Positions 54,818-64,000 of a stretch of DNA of 64,000 nucleotides are shown here, one piece after another. Position 1 is the first letter of the stretch. Every line of letters starts with the position of its first letter. The notes beneath the pieces are model-generated. The model ran no database searches. It was not told where the DNA came from and saw only the letters and a program-made list of their open reading frames with translations. This DNA comes from Planctomycetota bacterium (lineage in GTDB: Bacteria; Planctomycetota; UBA8108; UBA1146; JAJFFE01). Position numbers and translations under genes: made by a program. Location of the stretch: contig JBJXGE010000068.1 in assembly GCA_046154185.1 (NCBI GenBank), positions 5,178-69,177 of the forward strand, in the 5' to 3' direction.

Positions 54818-57250
54818 ATGCAGTCGCCGCTTGAAGAATCCCGCCTTGAGACGCGCGTCGATTGGCTGCACGCGCCTGAAGCCTGGGTCATCTTTTTGAT
54901 CGTGATCCCGGCCGCGTTGCTGATCGTCGGTACGCTGTATCGCGGTGAACTGCGGCGCGCGCCAGCGTGGAAAGCCGCGATTTTGACGATGCTGCGCACG
55001 GCGGCGCTCCTCGCGGTCGGCGCGTTCTTGTGCGAGCCCATTCTTGTGCGCGAGCAAGTGCGCAAGCAGAACTCGCATATCTTGGTGCTGGTCGACGATT
55101 CCTTTTCGATGGGAATTGCCGATCGCTACGGCGACGACGAGCAGCGGGTGCGGCTCGAAACGGTGCTCGGTGCGCCGCTGAATGATCAAACGACGCGTCT
55201 CGAACTCGTTCGGGGGTTGCTCGCGAGCGATCGTCTCAAGTTCATCGAACGTCTGCGCGAGAAGGGCAACGTTCGAGTCGTGAGTTTCTCGAACGAGTTG
55301 AAGACCGTGTGCGACTTGCCGCGCCACGAGGCCGGCGCCGGAGCGGCGCCGACGGATGTCTTACCGAACTACGACGCGATCGAGGCGCGCGGCAAAGTCA
55401 CGCGTATCGGCGATGCGCTTTATGAGGCGGTGAATGAGCTGCGTGGCGAAACCGTGTCGGCGGTCGTGCTGCTCAGCGATGGCCGCGACACCGGCGGCAT
55501 TCTGACGCCCGAAGAGGCCGCGGACCGGCTGCATCGACGCGAGATTCCGATTCACGCGGTGGGGGTTGGCAACGCGGAAGAGCCGAAAGATATCCGCGTC
55601 TTCAATCTCGATATCGCGGAGGTCATTCTCGAGCGCGACAAAGTGCCGGTCGACGTCAACATCGTGAGCCGCGGCTTCAGCTCCGGCGAGCAAATACCCG
55701 TGCAACTCAAACTCATCGGCGAAGATGGGAGCGTGCCGACGCGGCCAGACGAGATTATCTACGTCCGACTCGAGGACCTCAAGGAGCAGACGGTTCGCAT
55801 CGAGTTCACGCCACGCCGGCCGGGGAAATTCTTGGCGCGCGTTGAAGTGCCGGTGCAGGACGGTGAGCTGTTCAAGGAGAACAACTACGTCGAGAAGCCG
55901 GTGACGGTGCTGTCGCAGAAGATCAACGTCCTTTACGTCGACGGTCGGCCGCGCTGGGAGTACCGCTATCTGAGCCACGCCCTGACGCGCGATCCGACCA
56001 TGGAAACACACGTGCTTTTGACGTCATCAGATCCAGAGCGCCTGCAGCTTTCGTCGTCGTCGCTGACGCCGATCGATGCTTTCCCGACGTCGCGCGAGGA
56101 GTTGTTCAAGTACCACGTGCTGGTGATCGGGGATGTGCATCCCGATACGTTTAGCGCCGAACAAAAGGCGTGGATTGTCGAGTTAGTCGACGATATCGGC
56201 GGCGGCGTCGTCTTCGTGTCGGGCGCGCGATACATGCCGCAGAAGTACCGCGGCGATCCGCTCGAGACGCTGTTTCCGGTCGTACTCGAAGACATCGATC
56301 GCTCTGGCTATGAGGCGACTTCCATCACGAACGACTTCGCGCTGGCGCTTACGGTCGAGGGCCGCACCCATCCGATTCTGCAACTTGTCGGGGATAACGA
56401 AGAGAACGCCGCGCTGTGGGCCGACGCTGGCCGCAAGGACAAGATGCTGCCCGGCTTTTATTGGTATGCCCAAGTGAAGAAGCTCACCAAGGGCGCCGTC
56501 GCGCTCGCGACGCATCCGCTCGACCGCAACTTCAAGCAGGAGCTGCGGCCGGTGTTCGCGTACCAATTCCTCGGGCGCGGTCGCACTTTCGTGTCACTCA
56601 CGGATGAAACTTGGCGCTGGCGACGTGGCGTCGGCAACAAGTACTTCTATCGGTTTTGGGGACAAGTCGTGCGCTTCGTTTCGACTGGGCGTCTGCTTGG
56701 TCAGAAACAACGGTTCTCCGTGTCGACGGACCAGCGGGATTACCCGCTTGGCAGCACCGTGCGGATTCTAGCGCGCGTTCTCGATGAGAAGTTCAAGCCG
56801 TTGCGCGACGAGTCGTACCCGGTTCTCTACGAACGCGGTGATGCGACGGAGCGCGCGCGCAATGAAGTCCGCGCGGTGCAAGTGCCGGGTCGACCGGAGT
56901 ACTTTGAGGTCGCGATCGAGGCGCGGGAACTCGGCGAGCACAAAGTTTGGATCGAGCATCTCGAATCCGAGGCGGCGTCGACGACCTATCGCGTGTTGGT
57001 GCCCCAGGTCGAGTACCAAGAGCCGCGCATGGACCAAGCGCGGCTGCAGAAGATAGCGCGACTCTCGAGCGGCTCCTATCATGACCTCGCTCAAGCGGAG
57101 GCGCTGCTCGACAAGGTTCAGCCGTACCAGCTCGAAGTGGCCGTGCCGGCCGAGAGCACTCCTTTGTGGGACCGTTGGGGATTCATCGTCGCGCTTGTGT
57201 CGTTGTTGGCTGTCGAATGGATCCTGCGAAAGGTGTTCCGACTCGTTTGA
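54818..57250 (+). CDS. Membrane vWA-domain protein (BatB-like) with a GATase1-like C-terminal domain
   Basis: N-terminal TM helices, MIDAS VLVDDSFSM...LLSDGRDTGG, the block HVLVIGDVHP...GGGVVFVSG, and a C-terminal TM helix. Confidence 0.75.
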   Translation: MQSPLEESRLETRVDWLHAPEAWVIFLIVIPAALLIVGTLYRGELRRAPAWKAAILTMLRTAALLAVGAFLCEPILVREQVRKQNSHILVLVDDSFSMGIADRYGDDEQRVRLETVLGAPLNDQTTRLELVRGLLASDRLKFIERLREKGNVRVVSFSNELKTVCDLPRHEAGAGAAPTDVLPNYDAIEARGKVTRIGDALYEAVNELRGETVSAVVLLSDGRDTGGILTPEEAADRLHRREIPIHAVGVGNAEEPKDIRVFNLDIAEVILERDKVPVDVNIVSRGFSSGEQIPVQLKLIGEDGSVPTRPDEIIYVRLEDLKEQTVRIEFTPRRPGKFLARVEVPVQDGELFKENNYVEKPVTVLSQKINVLYVDGRPRWEYRYLSHALTRDPTMETHVLLTSSDPERLQLSSSSLTPIDAFPTSREELFKYHVLVIGDVHPDTFSAEQKAWIVELVDDIGGGVVFVSGARYMPQKYRGDPLETLFPVVLEDIDRSGYEATSITNDFALALTVEGRTHPILQLVGDNEENAALWADAGRKDKMLPGFYWYAQVKKLTKGAVALATHPLDRNFKQELRPVFAYQFLGRGRTFVSLTDETWRWRRGVGNKYFYRFWGQVVRFVSTGRLLGQKQRFSVSTDQRDYPLGSTVRILARVLDEKFKPLRDESYPVLYERGDATERARNEVRAVQVPGRPEYFEVAIEARELGEHKVWIEHLESEAASTTYRVLVPQVEYQEPRMDQARLQKIARLSSGSYHDLAQAEALLDKVQPYQLEVAVPAESTPLWDRWGFIVALVSLLAVEWILRKVFRLV

Positions 57251-59718
57251 TGTCGAATAGCAACTGCTTGAGATTCATCGCCGGCTGTGTCGCCGGCGCA
57301 ATTTTCGTTTTGGTGGGCGCCACGCTCGACGCGCAAGAGCCGCGTCGTCGGCCGCGGCCGGCGTTTGAGCGCGACAAGCCGACCGGCGAACGCGAAGGCG
57401 CCGCTGGAATCATTCCGCTCCTCAACGAAGCGATGGTGCAACGTCTGCGGGTGGTCGAGCGCGGGCTCGCGCGTGCGCTTTACGATTTCGAGCGCGCGCG
57501 CGTGGCGCTCGACGGCGGCTCGTTGCCGGGCGAGGCGCTTGCGTCCGATCCGTTAGAAACGGCGAAAACGGCGCCGTTGAACTCTTTGACGGCGGCGCGC
57601 GAGGCGTTGCGCGACGCGCTCAGTGCGGCGCAACTCCTCCACGATGACGCTTGGGGCGGACGTTGGTTGGTGCCGGGTGGGCGCGGCGAGCAACTCGCTT
57701 TGTGGCTCGCGGAACTTCGAAGCCACGGCAGTTTCCTGCCCGCCGAAATTTCGGCAAAGAAAAACACGCAAGACCTCGGCCAAGATCATTGCGCGCTCTC
57801 GGAACATCTCGCGGTCACGCTGCGCGATTTGCCGGCGTATGCGCACGAATTGTACGAGCAAGATCACGGCTTGCGAGCTGCCGCGAGTTATGAGCGCGCG
57901 CTCGCCAATGGCGACGGGAGTCGCCTGCTTGCGTGTGCGCTGCGTTTTCCAATCGCGTCGCAAGCGACGCTTGCCGCCCTACTCGCGAGTGAGATTTTTC
58001 TCGAGGCGGGCGACTACGCGCACGCGGGCTTTGCCCTCGACTTCGTCGTCATACCGGATGAGCCGACCAGCGACGAACCGGACGGAATCGAAGCGCAAGC
58101 CGCGCGCGCGGCGTTGTCGCGCCAACTCGCGGCATCGGAACTCCTGCTCGCGTGTCTGGTCGGCGACGCCCGCCGCTACCGTCGCGCCGCCGACTTACTC
58201 GGCGCGGAGCCTCACACACTGCCGGAGTTTGCCGCGCTTCCTGGCATCGAGCAGTTCGATGTCAAACGTCGCGCCAACGGCGTCGGCCCACCCGCGGACA
58301 TCGGCGGCACCGCCGGTTTTCCCTATCGATCGAGCGTCTTTCGTTGGGAGTCGGTGCCGTTTCGCACGCCCGCGCTTTATGGTTCGCGGGATGTCCGCTA
58401 CGCCCCGGGTCTCGTCATTGACGCTGGCAAAGTCATCGTCAATACACCCCGACACGTCAGTGTTTATGACCTCGTGAGCGGCTCCGTCGTGGCGCCGTAT
58501 GATTTGCCCCTTGCTCGCACGCGCACCGAGAATTCCTCGATGTCGCACTCTGAGAGTTTCTTGGAAACGGACAAGTATCTACGCTTCTATCCGCGCGCCG
58601 CGACCGTGTTGCGCGGCCAAGACGAGATTCGAATTCATCTGGGTTCGTACGTCGCGAGTTTTACCGGTGAGACCGAATACGCGGGCTACTACATCAGCCG
58701 ACGAATTCCGCAACGCGCGTTGGTCGCGCTCCATGGACCGACGCCGATCTGGGATACCGGCGAGTCCAGGCGCGTGACGGCGTTCCGCGCCCGACCGGCC
58801 CGCGGCGCGGTCGACGCTCCGCCGCCGCCGCCGCTGACGAATCCTCACGCGGAGTTTCTCGCGCGGGCGAGTTTCAATTCGCAACCGCTGGTGTATCGCG
58901 GCCGTGTGTACGCGCTCGCGTGGGAGCAGTCCGGGTACGTGAACGCGCATCTCGTGTGCTTGGAGTTGGCGACCGGCCGGGTCCAATGGAGCACGCTATT
59001 GGCGGGCAATCAGGTGGACCTGACCATGTTCGGTGAGATTCAGCGTGAGCCGTTCATGGGGGCGCTGGCGGAGCAGAACGGCGTGATTTACGCGCTCACC
59101 AACTTGGGTGTGATCGCGGCCGTGAATTGCTGGGATGGCAGCGTGCGTTGGTTGACCACGTACGAAAACCTGATGATCACGACGGCGCGCCAGAGCCTTC
59201 GCTTTCAAAAGCGTGAGGTGCCGTGGGATCGCAACCCGCTCGTGATTTGTTTCGACCGCTTGTTTGCCACGCCGCTCGATAGCGAGTACTTGTTTGCGTT
59301 TGAGCTCAAGACCGGTCGCCTGTTGCAATCCGCGCCCGCGCGCATGGGTTCGTTTCTGCTGGGGCTCGATGGCGCGTCGCTGGTATTTTGTTCGGGACAG
59401 CAAGCTGCGTTAGTGTCGACGGTCGATATTCAGTTGGCGCCGCGCTTCATTGCACTCGGTCGCGAAGTGCGTTCGCGCCCGGCCCTCATTCCGGGTGGAC
59501 TCGTGTGCGCGAGCGACAAGGAACTGTTCTACACGTCGCTCACGACTCCATCGATGACGGTGCCACTTGGCCTCTTGCATCGGAGTCCAACTGTGAGTGA
59601 TCAGATCCTCGACGGTGCCGTCCATGTCGTCGACTCTGATGTCGCGGGGGCCCAGAAGCGCGTGCTGGTGTTGTCTTCCGATAAACTGTCTTGTTACGAA
59701 CTCGAAGCTCCGAAGTGA
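57250..59718 (+). CDS. Secreted PQQ-like beta-propeller repeat protein with an N-terminal helical region
   Basis: The start ATG 57250 overlaps the upstream stop (TGATG). Signal peptide MSNSNCLRFIAGCVAGAIFVLVGATLDAQEP. Propeller-like repeats such as GVIYALTNLGVIAAVNCWDGSVRW and YLFAFELKTGRLL. Confidence 0.6.
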   Translation: MSNSNCLRFIAGCVAGAIFVLVGATLDAQEPRRRPRPAFERDKPTGEREGAAGIIPLLNEAMVQRLRVVERGLARALYDFERARVALDGGSLPGEALASDPLETAKTAPLNSLTAAREALRDALSAAQLLHDDAWGGRWLVPGGRGEQLALWLAELRSHGSFLPAEISAKKNTQDLGQDHCALSEHLAVTLRDLPAYAHELYEQDHGLRAAASYERALANGDGSRLLACALRFPIASQATLAALLASEIFLEAGDYAHAGFALDFVVIPDEPTSDEPDGIEAQAARAALSRQLAASELLLACLVGDARRYRRAADLLGAEPHTLPEFAALPGIEQFDVKRRANGVGPPADIGGTAGFPYRSSVFRWESVPFRTPALYGSRDVRYAPGLVIDAGKVIVNTPRHVSVYDLVSGSVVAPYDLPLARTRTENSSMSHSESFLETDKYLRFYPRAATVLRGQDEIRIHLGSYVASFTGETEYAGYYISRRIPQRALVALHGPTPIWDTGESRRVTAFRARPARGAVDAPPPPPLTNPHAEFLARASFNSQPLVYRGRVYALAWEQSGYVNAHLVCLELATGRVQWSTLLAGNQVDLTMFGEIQREPFMGALAEQNGVIYALTNLGVIAAVNCWDGSVRWLTTYENLMITTARQSLRFQKREVPWDRNPLVICFDRLFATPLDSEYLFAFELKTGRLLQSAPARMGSFLLGLDGASLVFCSGQQAALVSTVDIQLAPRFIALGREVRSRPALIPGGLVCASDKELFYTSLTTPSMTVPLGLLHRSPTVSDQILDGAVHVVDSDVAGAQKRVLVLSSDKLSCYELEAPK

Positions 59719-59765
59719 TGTTGGTACCGCCGACTGCGTGGCCGGCTCAGAAAGCGAGTTGCTGA

Positions 59766-60878
59766 ATGAAAATGCGCGACTCTGTGCGTTGGCTGCCGAT
59801 CGGCGCGTTGACGGCGGCGGTCTTGATCGGCGGCGGGACCGCATTTGCGCTCTTCGCGCCGCAGTCGCGGCGCGGCGATTCACTCGGGGTTGCGGACTTG
59901 GAACTTCGGGCGGAGACGGCGGTGAGTCGCGGGCTCGAGTATCTCAAGTCGCATCAGCAGGCGGATGGAAGCTGGCGCGACATCATCGGTCGCAAAGTGC
60001 ATACGAAATACCAGGGGACCGACGGCAAGCACGTCGGAGTGACGGCGCTCGCATGCATGGCTTTCTTGGCGAATGGCAGCCTGCCGGGGCGCGGCAAGTA
60101 CGGCGAGCAAATTGAACGCGGGCTCGAGTTCATCCTCGGGCATGTAGAGCCGAACGGATACATCACGAACGAATCGTCGCGCATGTACAGCCACGCCTTC
60201 GCGACTTTGTTTCTCGCCGAAATCTATGGCATGACCGGCATGGAGCGAGTGGAGGACGCGCTCAAGAGCGCGATCAATCTCATCGTGCATGCGCAAAACC
60301 CGCAAGGCGGCTGGCGCTACCAGCCGGGCGCACCGGATGCGGACATGTCGATCACCGTCTGCCAAGTGATGGCGCTACGCGCCGCGCAGAATGCTGGCGT
60401 TCATGTGCCGAAGCGCACAATCGACGAGGCGATTCGCTACGTGAACAACTCTTACCGCGCCGACGAGGGCGGCGGATTCACGTACCAAATCGAGGATGGA
60501 ATGGCGTCGCGAGTGACTCTGGCGCTCACGGCCGCCGGCGTGACGGCGTTGTATGGCGCGGGCGTGTATGACGACCCTCGCATCGAGAACGGGCTCGAGT
60601 ACATCCAGCGCAATCTCCCCTCGTTCACGCGCAACTACGGTGGACCGCGCCAGCGCTTCGACTACTACTATGGAATCTACTACGCGACGCAAGCGGCGTT
60701 TCAGCGCGGCGGCGATTATTGGGATCGTTATCAGAAACAAGTGTGGGCCGACCTGTTGCGTCAGCAAGACGCGCGCACGAACTGCTGGGAAGATCTCGTC
60801 GGTAGGAACTATGCGACCGCGGTCGCGTGTGTCGTATTACAGATTCCACGCCAATACTTGCCGATCTTTGAAAGGTGA
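59766..60878 (+). CDS. Prenyltransferase / squalene-cyclase-repeat (alpha-alpha toroid) protein, secreted
   Basis: Signal peptide (WLPIGALTAAVLIGGGTAFA). Repeats with the QADGSWRD and NPQGGWRYQPG signatures typical of terpenoid-cyclase/prenyltransferase-fold repeats. Confidence 0.65.
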   Translation: MKMRDSVRWLPIGALTAAVLIGGGTAFALFAPQSRRGDSLGVADLELRAETAVSRGLEYLKSHQQADGSWRDIIGRKVHTKYQGTDGKHVGVTALACMAFLANGSLPGRGKYGEQIERGLEFILGHVEPNGYITNESSRMYSHAFATLFLAEIYGMTGMERVEDALKSAINLIVHAQNPQGGWRYQPGAPDADMSITVCQVMALRAAQNAGVHVPKRTIDEAIRYVNNSYRADEGGGFTYQIEDGMASRVTLALTAAGVTALYGAGVYDDPRIENGLEYIQRNLPSFTRNYGGPRQRFDYYYGIYYATQAAFQRGGDYWDRYQKQVWADLLRQQDARTNCWEDLVGRNYATAVACVVLQIPRQYLPIFER

Positions 60879-63061
60879 TGATGGCCGACGGCGCACCACC
60901 CACTTTGCCGCCCGAAGTCCAAGAACGCATTCCGGCGTTGCGGCGCCAACGGCGTCAACTACGCGTCGTCGGCGCGGTCTTTCGCGTCGGCTGCCTGTTG
61001 TCAGCGTTTTGTTGGCTCGCATTTGGTCTCGATTGGACGCTCGAATTGCCGGTCGCGATCCGCGCGATCAATTTGGTGGCGGCGATCTGCATTCTGGCAG
61101 TGGGAATTCGCACGTATAGCCGCTTCGCCGGCCAGCCGGAATCCGACGCTTGGCTCGCGACGCGGATTGAAGCCGCGACGGGCGACCTGAGCGCGTCGAT
61201 CATCACCGCCGTGGAACTCGCGAACCCGCAAAATCCGCGCTCGCAGCTTTACTCGCCGCGCCTCATTCAACGCACGGTCGAGGAGGCCGAGGCACAGTTG
61301 CTGTCGGTCGGGGACGCCTCGCTCGTAGCAAAGCGCGGCACAATCGCCGCGTTCGGCATCTTTGCGATGATGTTCACGCCACTCGCACTTGCGGCGGCGC
61401 TGCGGAAGGATCTCGCGCAAACTTTTCTCGAGCGCGACGTGTTGTTGCGCTCGACGCCGTGGCCGCGCGAGAACTTTCTCGTCATCGAAGAGCCGACGGA
61501 CCCGGTCACGCTCATCGCAATGGGGGATCCGCTCACAGTGTTGGTGCAACGCGTGCGCGGCACCGAAGCGCGCGCCGCAATGGAAGTCGAATTTGCGGGC
61601 GAGAGCGGTCGGCAGATTTTCGCGCTCGAGCAGAAAGGCGCCGATCGCTTTCGAAAAGTGTTCCGCAACGTCACTCGAGATTTTGGCTTTCGCGTCGTGT
61701 CCGGCGATTTTCGGAGTGAAATCTACGAGATTCGCGTTCGGCACCGACCGCGGATCGAGGATATCGCCGTGACCTTTGACTATCCGGACTATACGGGGCT
61801 CGACGCCGCAGCGGCTGCGAGCGGCGCGGAAGCGACAGCCGCCGTTGCTTCAAGCTATGGTGGTCACATAAAAGTCCCGTTCGGCACGATCGTCAAATAC
61901 ACCGCGCGGGCGTCGATCCCCGTCGCGACCGCGCTTTATTTCCTAGAGTACCAGGAGGGGGGCGAAACGCAGAGCCGCAGTCACGAAGTCGCGATCGTCG
62001 ATGGCACGAAGTTGTCGGGGGAGTTCACCGCCGATCGCGATGGGCACTACTACTTTCGCTTGGTATCGAAAGACGGTTTCGAGAACCCCAGTCCCATTCG
62101 ATTTCGCGTCGCGGTGGTGCCGGACGCGGCCCCAAACCTCGAGATCACGCGGCCCGCAAAAAACCTCGAAGTGAGCTTACGCGCCATTTTTCCGATTACG
62201 GTGAAGGCACAAGATGACTATGGATTGAGTTCCGCGCGGCTCGCCTTTCGCGCGCTCCAGGGCGATGGGCCGCTCGAGGGCGATCTCCTATCGACCGATA
62301 TTGCGCTGAGCGAGTTGGCGGGACTCAAGAGTGGCGAGGTCGATGCGACCTGCGACCTCGAGCAACTCGTCGTGGCGCTCAAGACGTCCGTGGGGAGTCG
62401 CATCGAATACACGGCGGAGGGGCGCGACGCGCTCAATCAGCTTGGCGTCGCGCGGAACTTCGTGTTGACCTTGGTGGCCGATCAGGATCTCACGCGGATC
62501 TTGCAGGACGAATTGACGCTGATTCGCGAGAGTTTGGAGCAGAGCATCGCGATGCAACGCGAGAGCCATCGCGAAGGTTTTGAGCTTCTGGAGCACGCCC
62601 GCATCAACGGCGGCAAAGTCCCAATGGAAGACTTGCCGGCGCTTCGGCAGGCACGCATACAAGAGGAGCGCATCGAACTGCGTTTGCGGGAATCCGTCGC
62701 ACGCCTCGGTGAACTCATTCAGCGCGTCTCGGACAACCGGCTCACATGGCAAGATCTGCCGTGGATTCAAACGGTTGAGGAGCGGCTCAGTCGCATCGTT
62801 GCCGAGCAGATGCCGCCCGTGCTCGCCGACTTGGCGCAAATTCTTCGACTCGCTGGCGACCAACAAGCGCTCGCGAGCCACCTCGAGCACAACCTCGATC
62901 TGCAACAATCGGTGATCCGCGCGCTCGCGGACTTGTTGATGGAACTGCAGGAGTGGGGAGACTTACGGTCACTAGTGCGCAAGCTCGAAGAGCTACGCAA
63001 CTCACAAAACGAACTCGAGCAACAGGTCGAGCAGAAAATCCAAGAGAAGCAACGGCCTTGA
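60875..63061 (+). CDS. Membrane protein of the Bat-type cluster (DUF4175-like), with a coiled-coil C-terminus
   Basis: Start/stop overlap with the upstream gene. Two N-terminal TM helices (VFRVGCLLSAFCWLAFGL, INLVAAICILAVGI), a large middle domain, and a C-terminal heptad-rich segment ending LRNSQNELEQQVEQKIQEKQRP. Confidence 0.55.
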   Translation: MMMADGAPPTLPPEVQERIPALRRQRRQLRVVGAVFRVGCLLSAFCWLAFGLDWTLELPVAIRAINLVAAICILAVGIRTYSRFAGQPESDAWLATRIEAATGDLSASIITAVELANPQNPRSQLYSPRLIQRTVEEAEAQLLSVGDASLVAKRGTIAAFGIFAMMFTPLALAAALRKDLAQTFLERDVLLRSTPWPRENFLVIEEPTDPVTLIAMGDPLTVLVQRVRGTEARAAMEVEFAGESGRQIFALEQKGADRFRKVFRNVTRDFGFRVVSGDFRSEIYEIRVRHRPRIEDIAVTFDYPDYTGLDAAAAASGAEATAAVASSYGGHIKVPFGTIVKYTARASIPVATALYFLEYQEGGETQSRSHEVAIVDGTKLSGEFTADRDGHYYFRLVSKDGFENPSPIRFRVAVVPDAAPNLEITRPAKNLEVSLRAIFPITVKAQDDYGLSSARLAFRALQGDGPLEGDLLSTDIALSELAGLKSGEVDATCDLEQLVVALKTSVGSRIEYTAEGRDALNQLGVARNFVLTLVADQDLTRILQDELTLIRESLEQSIAMQRESHREGFELLEHARINGGKVPMEDLPALRQARIQEERIELRLRESVARLGELIQRVSDNRLTWQDLPWIQTVEERLSRIVAEQMPPVLADLAQILRLAGDQQALASHLEHNLDLQQSVIRALADLLMELQEWGDLRSLVRKLEELRNSQNELEQQVEQKIQEKQRP

Positions 63062-63189
63062 CGCGTGTCTATACTTGGAGAGCGCATGGTTCGGTGTTCG
63101 AGTCCCGCGTAGGGAGTTGCCGCATGACGGATGTTTCTGACGTGGCGGACAAGTTTCGCACACGACACATTTTCCAAGGAGGCCGCGCT

Positions 63190-64000
63190 GTGAAATCTCG
63201 CCCACTCTTCCGCTGGTCAAGCTGCTGGGTGGCGCTCGCGATCGTCGTCGCGACGAGCGCCGGCGCGATGGGGCAGACAACGAGCGGCGGCAGCCGGCTG
63301 TCGCGACTACAGACCGAAGCGCGCGAGTATCTCGACACGATTCGCAAGCAGATGGAAGTGCTCGAGCAACGACTCGCTGAGACGCAACCGGATGACGCCG
63401 GTCGGCTCAAGCGTGCACGGACGCGAATTCTCGAGTCGCTTCTCGAGCAAGAGATGCGGGAGATCAGTCGGCTCCTCGAGCAAGACGATTTCAACCCGGC
63501 GTTGCAACAGCGGATTCGCGGCGTACGGACTCAGATCGATCAGATCTTGCTGATATTGCAGGACCGTGGACTCGATCCAGAGGACTTGGCGCGCCGCATG
63601 GAAGAGCTCGAAAAGAAGAGCGCGTCGCTGCGGGCGCTGGCCGATGAACAACGCAATTTGTTGGACCGCACGAAGCAGATCGAGGACGCGCGGTCGGAAG
63701 CCGAGAGTATTTCCGAGCTCAAAAAGGAGCTGGAACGACTGACGCGCGAGCAAACCGAGTTGCGCGAGCAATCGGCTGCTCGAGAGTTGGATCCATCCAC
63801 GATCGCGGAACTGTCGCGCTTGGAAGCGGAAGCGCGCGCGCTCCGTGAACAGATCGCCGAGCAAGCAGAACAAGCAAAGACTCAGGAAGCGCATGCGGCG
63901 GCGTTGAGTGCGCTCAAGGAAGCGGTCGAAGACCTTCAGGATCGAGCCGAGGCGAGTTCGGAGCGAACGAAAGAACTCACCGAGCAGGCGAGCGCGAGTG
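63190..64000 (+). CDS. Secreted coiled-coil protein; the 5' part only, as it runs off the window edge (not in the ORF track)
   Basis: GTG 63190 has AGGAGG 7 nt upstream. Signal peptide VKSRPLFRWSSCWVALAIVVATSAGA. An uninterrupted frame then runs to nt 64000 and is rich in E/R/L/Q heptads (LEQRLAETQ, ELEKKSASLRALADEQRNLL). The minus-strand track ORFs here are its antisense shadow. Confidence 0.7.
   Translation, partial: MKSRPLFRWSSCWVALAIVVATSAGAMGQTTSGGSRLSRLQTEAREYLDTIRKQMEVLEQRLAETQPDDAGRLKRARTRILESLLEQEMREISRLLEQDDFNPALQQRIRGVRTQIDQILLILQDRGLDPEDLARRMEELEKKSASLRALADEQRNLLDRTKQIEDARSEAESISELKKELERLTREQTELREQSAARELDPSTIAELSRLEAEARALREQIAEQAEQAKTQEAHAAALSALKEAVEDLQDRAEASSERTKELTEQASAS

Noticed and set aside
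63088-63108. tRNA-like T-arm string GGTTCGGTGTTCGAGTCCCGC in the gap after 63061
   Set aside because: Only the TTCGAGTCC-like loop is present. The flanking bases do not pair as a T-stem, and I could not fold acceptor, D or anticodon arms around it. It is most likely chance, or at best a degenerate remnant. No integrase is nearby.
63069-63894. Minus-strand ORFs 63069-63494 and 63307-63894
   Set aside because: They are the antisense shadow of the + strand coiled-coil gene that starts at GTG 63190, which has an RBS and a signal peptide. Their Leu/Phe/Ser-rich composition is what the reverse complement of Glu/Lys/Arg/Leu codons produces.
1-64000. Search for CRISPR arrays, IS elements, integrases, prophage genes, toxin-antitoxin pairs, or defence islands with abrupt composition change
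   Set aside because: I saw no regularly spaced direct repeats, no transposase, integrase or phage-like ORFs, and no clear compositional island. The only notable DNA repeats are intragenic: the 237-bp duplication and the dockerin and MopE-like modules.

Overview
This is a GC-rich, gene-dense bacterial chromosomal window with about 47 supportable CDS. I found no rRNA, tRNA, CRISPR array, transposase or integrase.

Layout:
1. 1-11.6 kb (+): pilB (3' part), pilC, pilS-like and pilR-like genes run without a break into a glycosylation set. That set is a GT2, a GT-C-like membrane protein, a polyprenyl-phosphate glycosylphosphotransferase and a GT-C+TPR protein. Several junctions are start/stop overlaps.
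2. 11.6-17.8 kb (-): a signalling block made of a HEAT lipoprotein, a zinc-ribbon Ser/Thr kinase with a HEAT tail, and an FHA-GAF-sigma54 activator.
3. 17.9-21.9 kb (+): a second GT-C+TPR paralog, a GT2 and a ferredoxin-NADP reductase.
4. 21.9-30.4 kb (mostly -): surface proteins. These are a carboxypeptidase-regulatory-fold repeat protein with a 2 x 237 bp tandem duplication, a dockerin/MopE-like/lamin-tail mosaic protein, and a pilV-pilW-pilX-like minor pilin operon.
5. 30.6-40.6 kb (+): the most interesting region. Six genes encode a membrane-anchored FeS flavoprotein, a membrane protein with two H-x13-H pairs, 20-haem and 10-haem c-type cytochromes, an outer-membrane barrel candidate and an 11-haem lipoprotein. 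I read this as a trans-envelope electron conduit with a non-canonical inner-membrane entry module. A sigma54-type promoter match precedes it.
6. 40.7-44.8 kb (+): a xanthine-dehydrogenase-family molybdoenzyme (large, small and FAD subunits) and a small DMT transporter.
7. 44.8-50.1 kb (-): housekeeping genes ftsY, nusB, ribH, guaA and guaB. The guaB product looks eukaryote-type.
8. 50.5-64 kb (+): a MoxR-DUF58-BatA/vWA-vWA-propeller-prenyltransferase-fold-DUF4175-like-coiled-coil string that runs off the window edge.

Many ORF-track entries are over-extended at the 5' end or are antisense artefacts of the high GC content; I corrected starts where the sequence supports it. Taxonomy cannot be assigned from this window alone. 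The gene content resembles high-GC Planctomycetota/PVC-like or Myxococcota-like Gram-negative bacteria.
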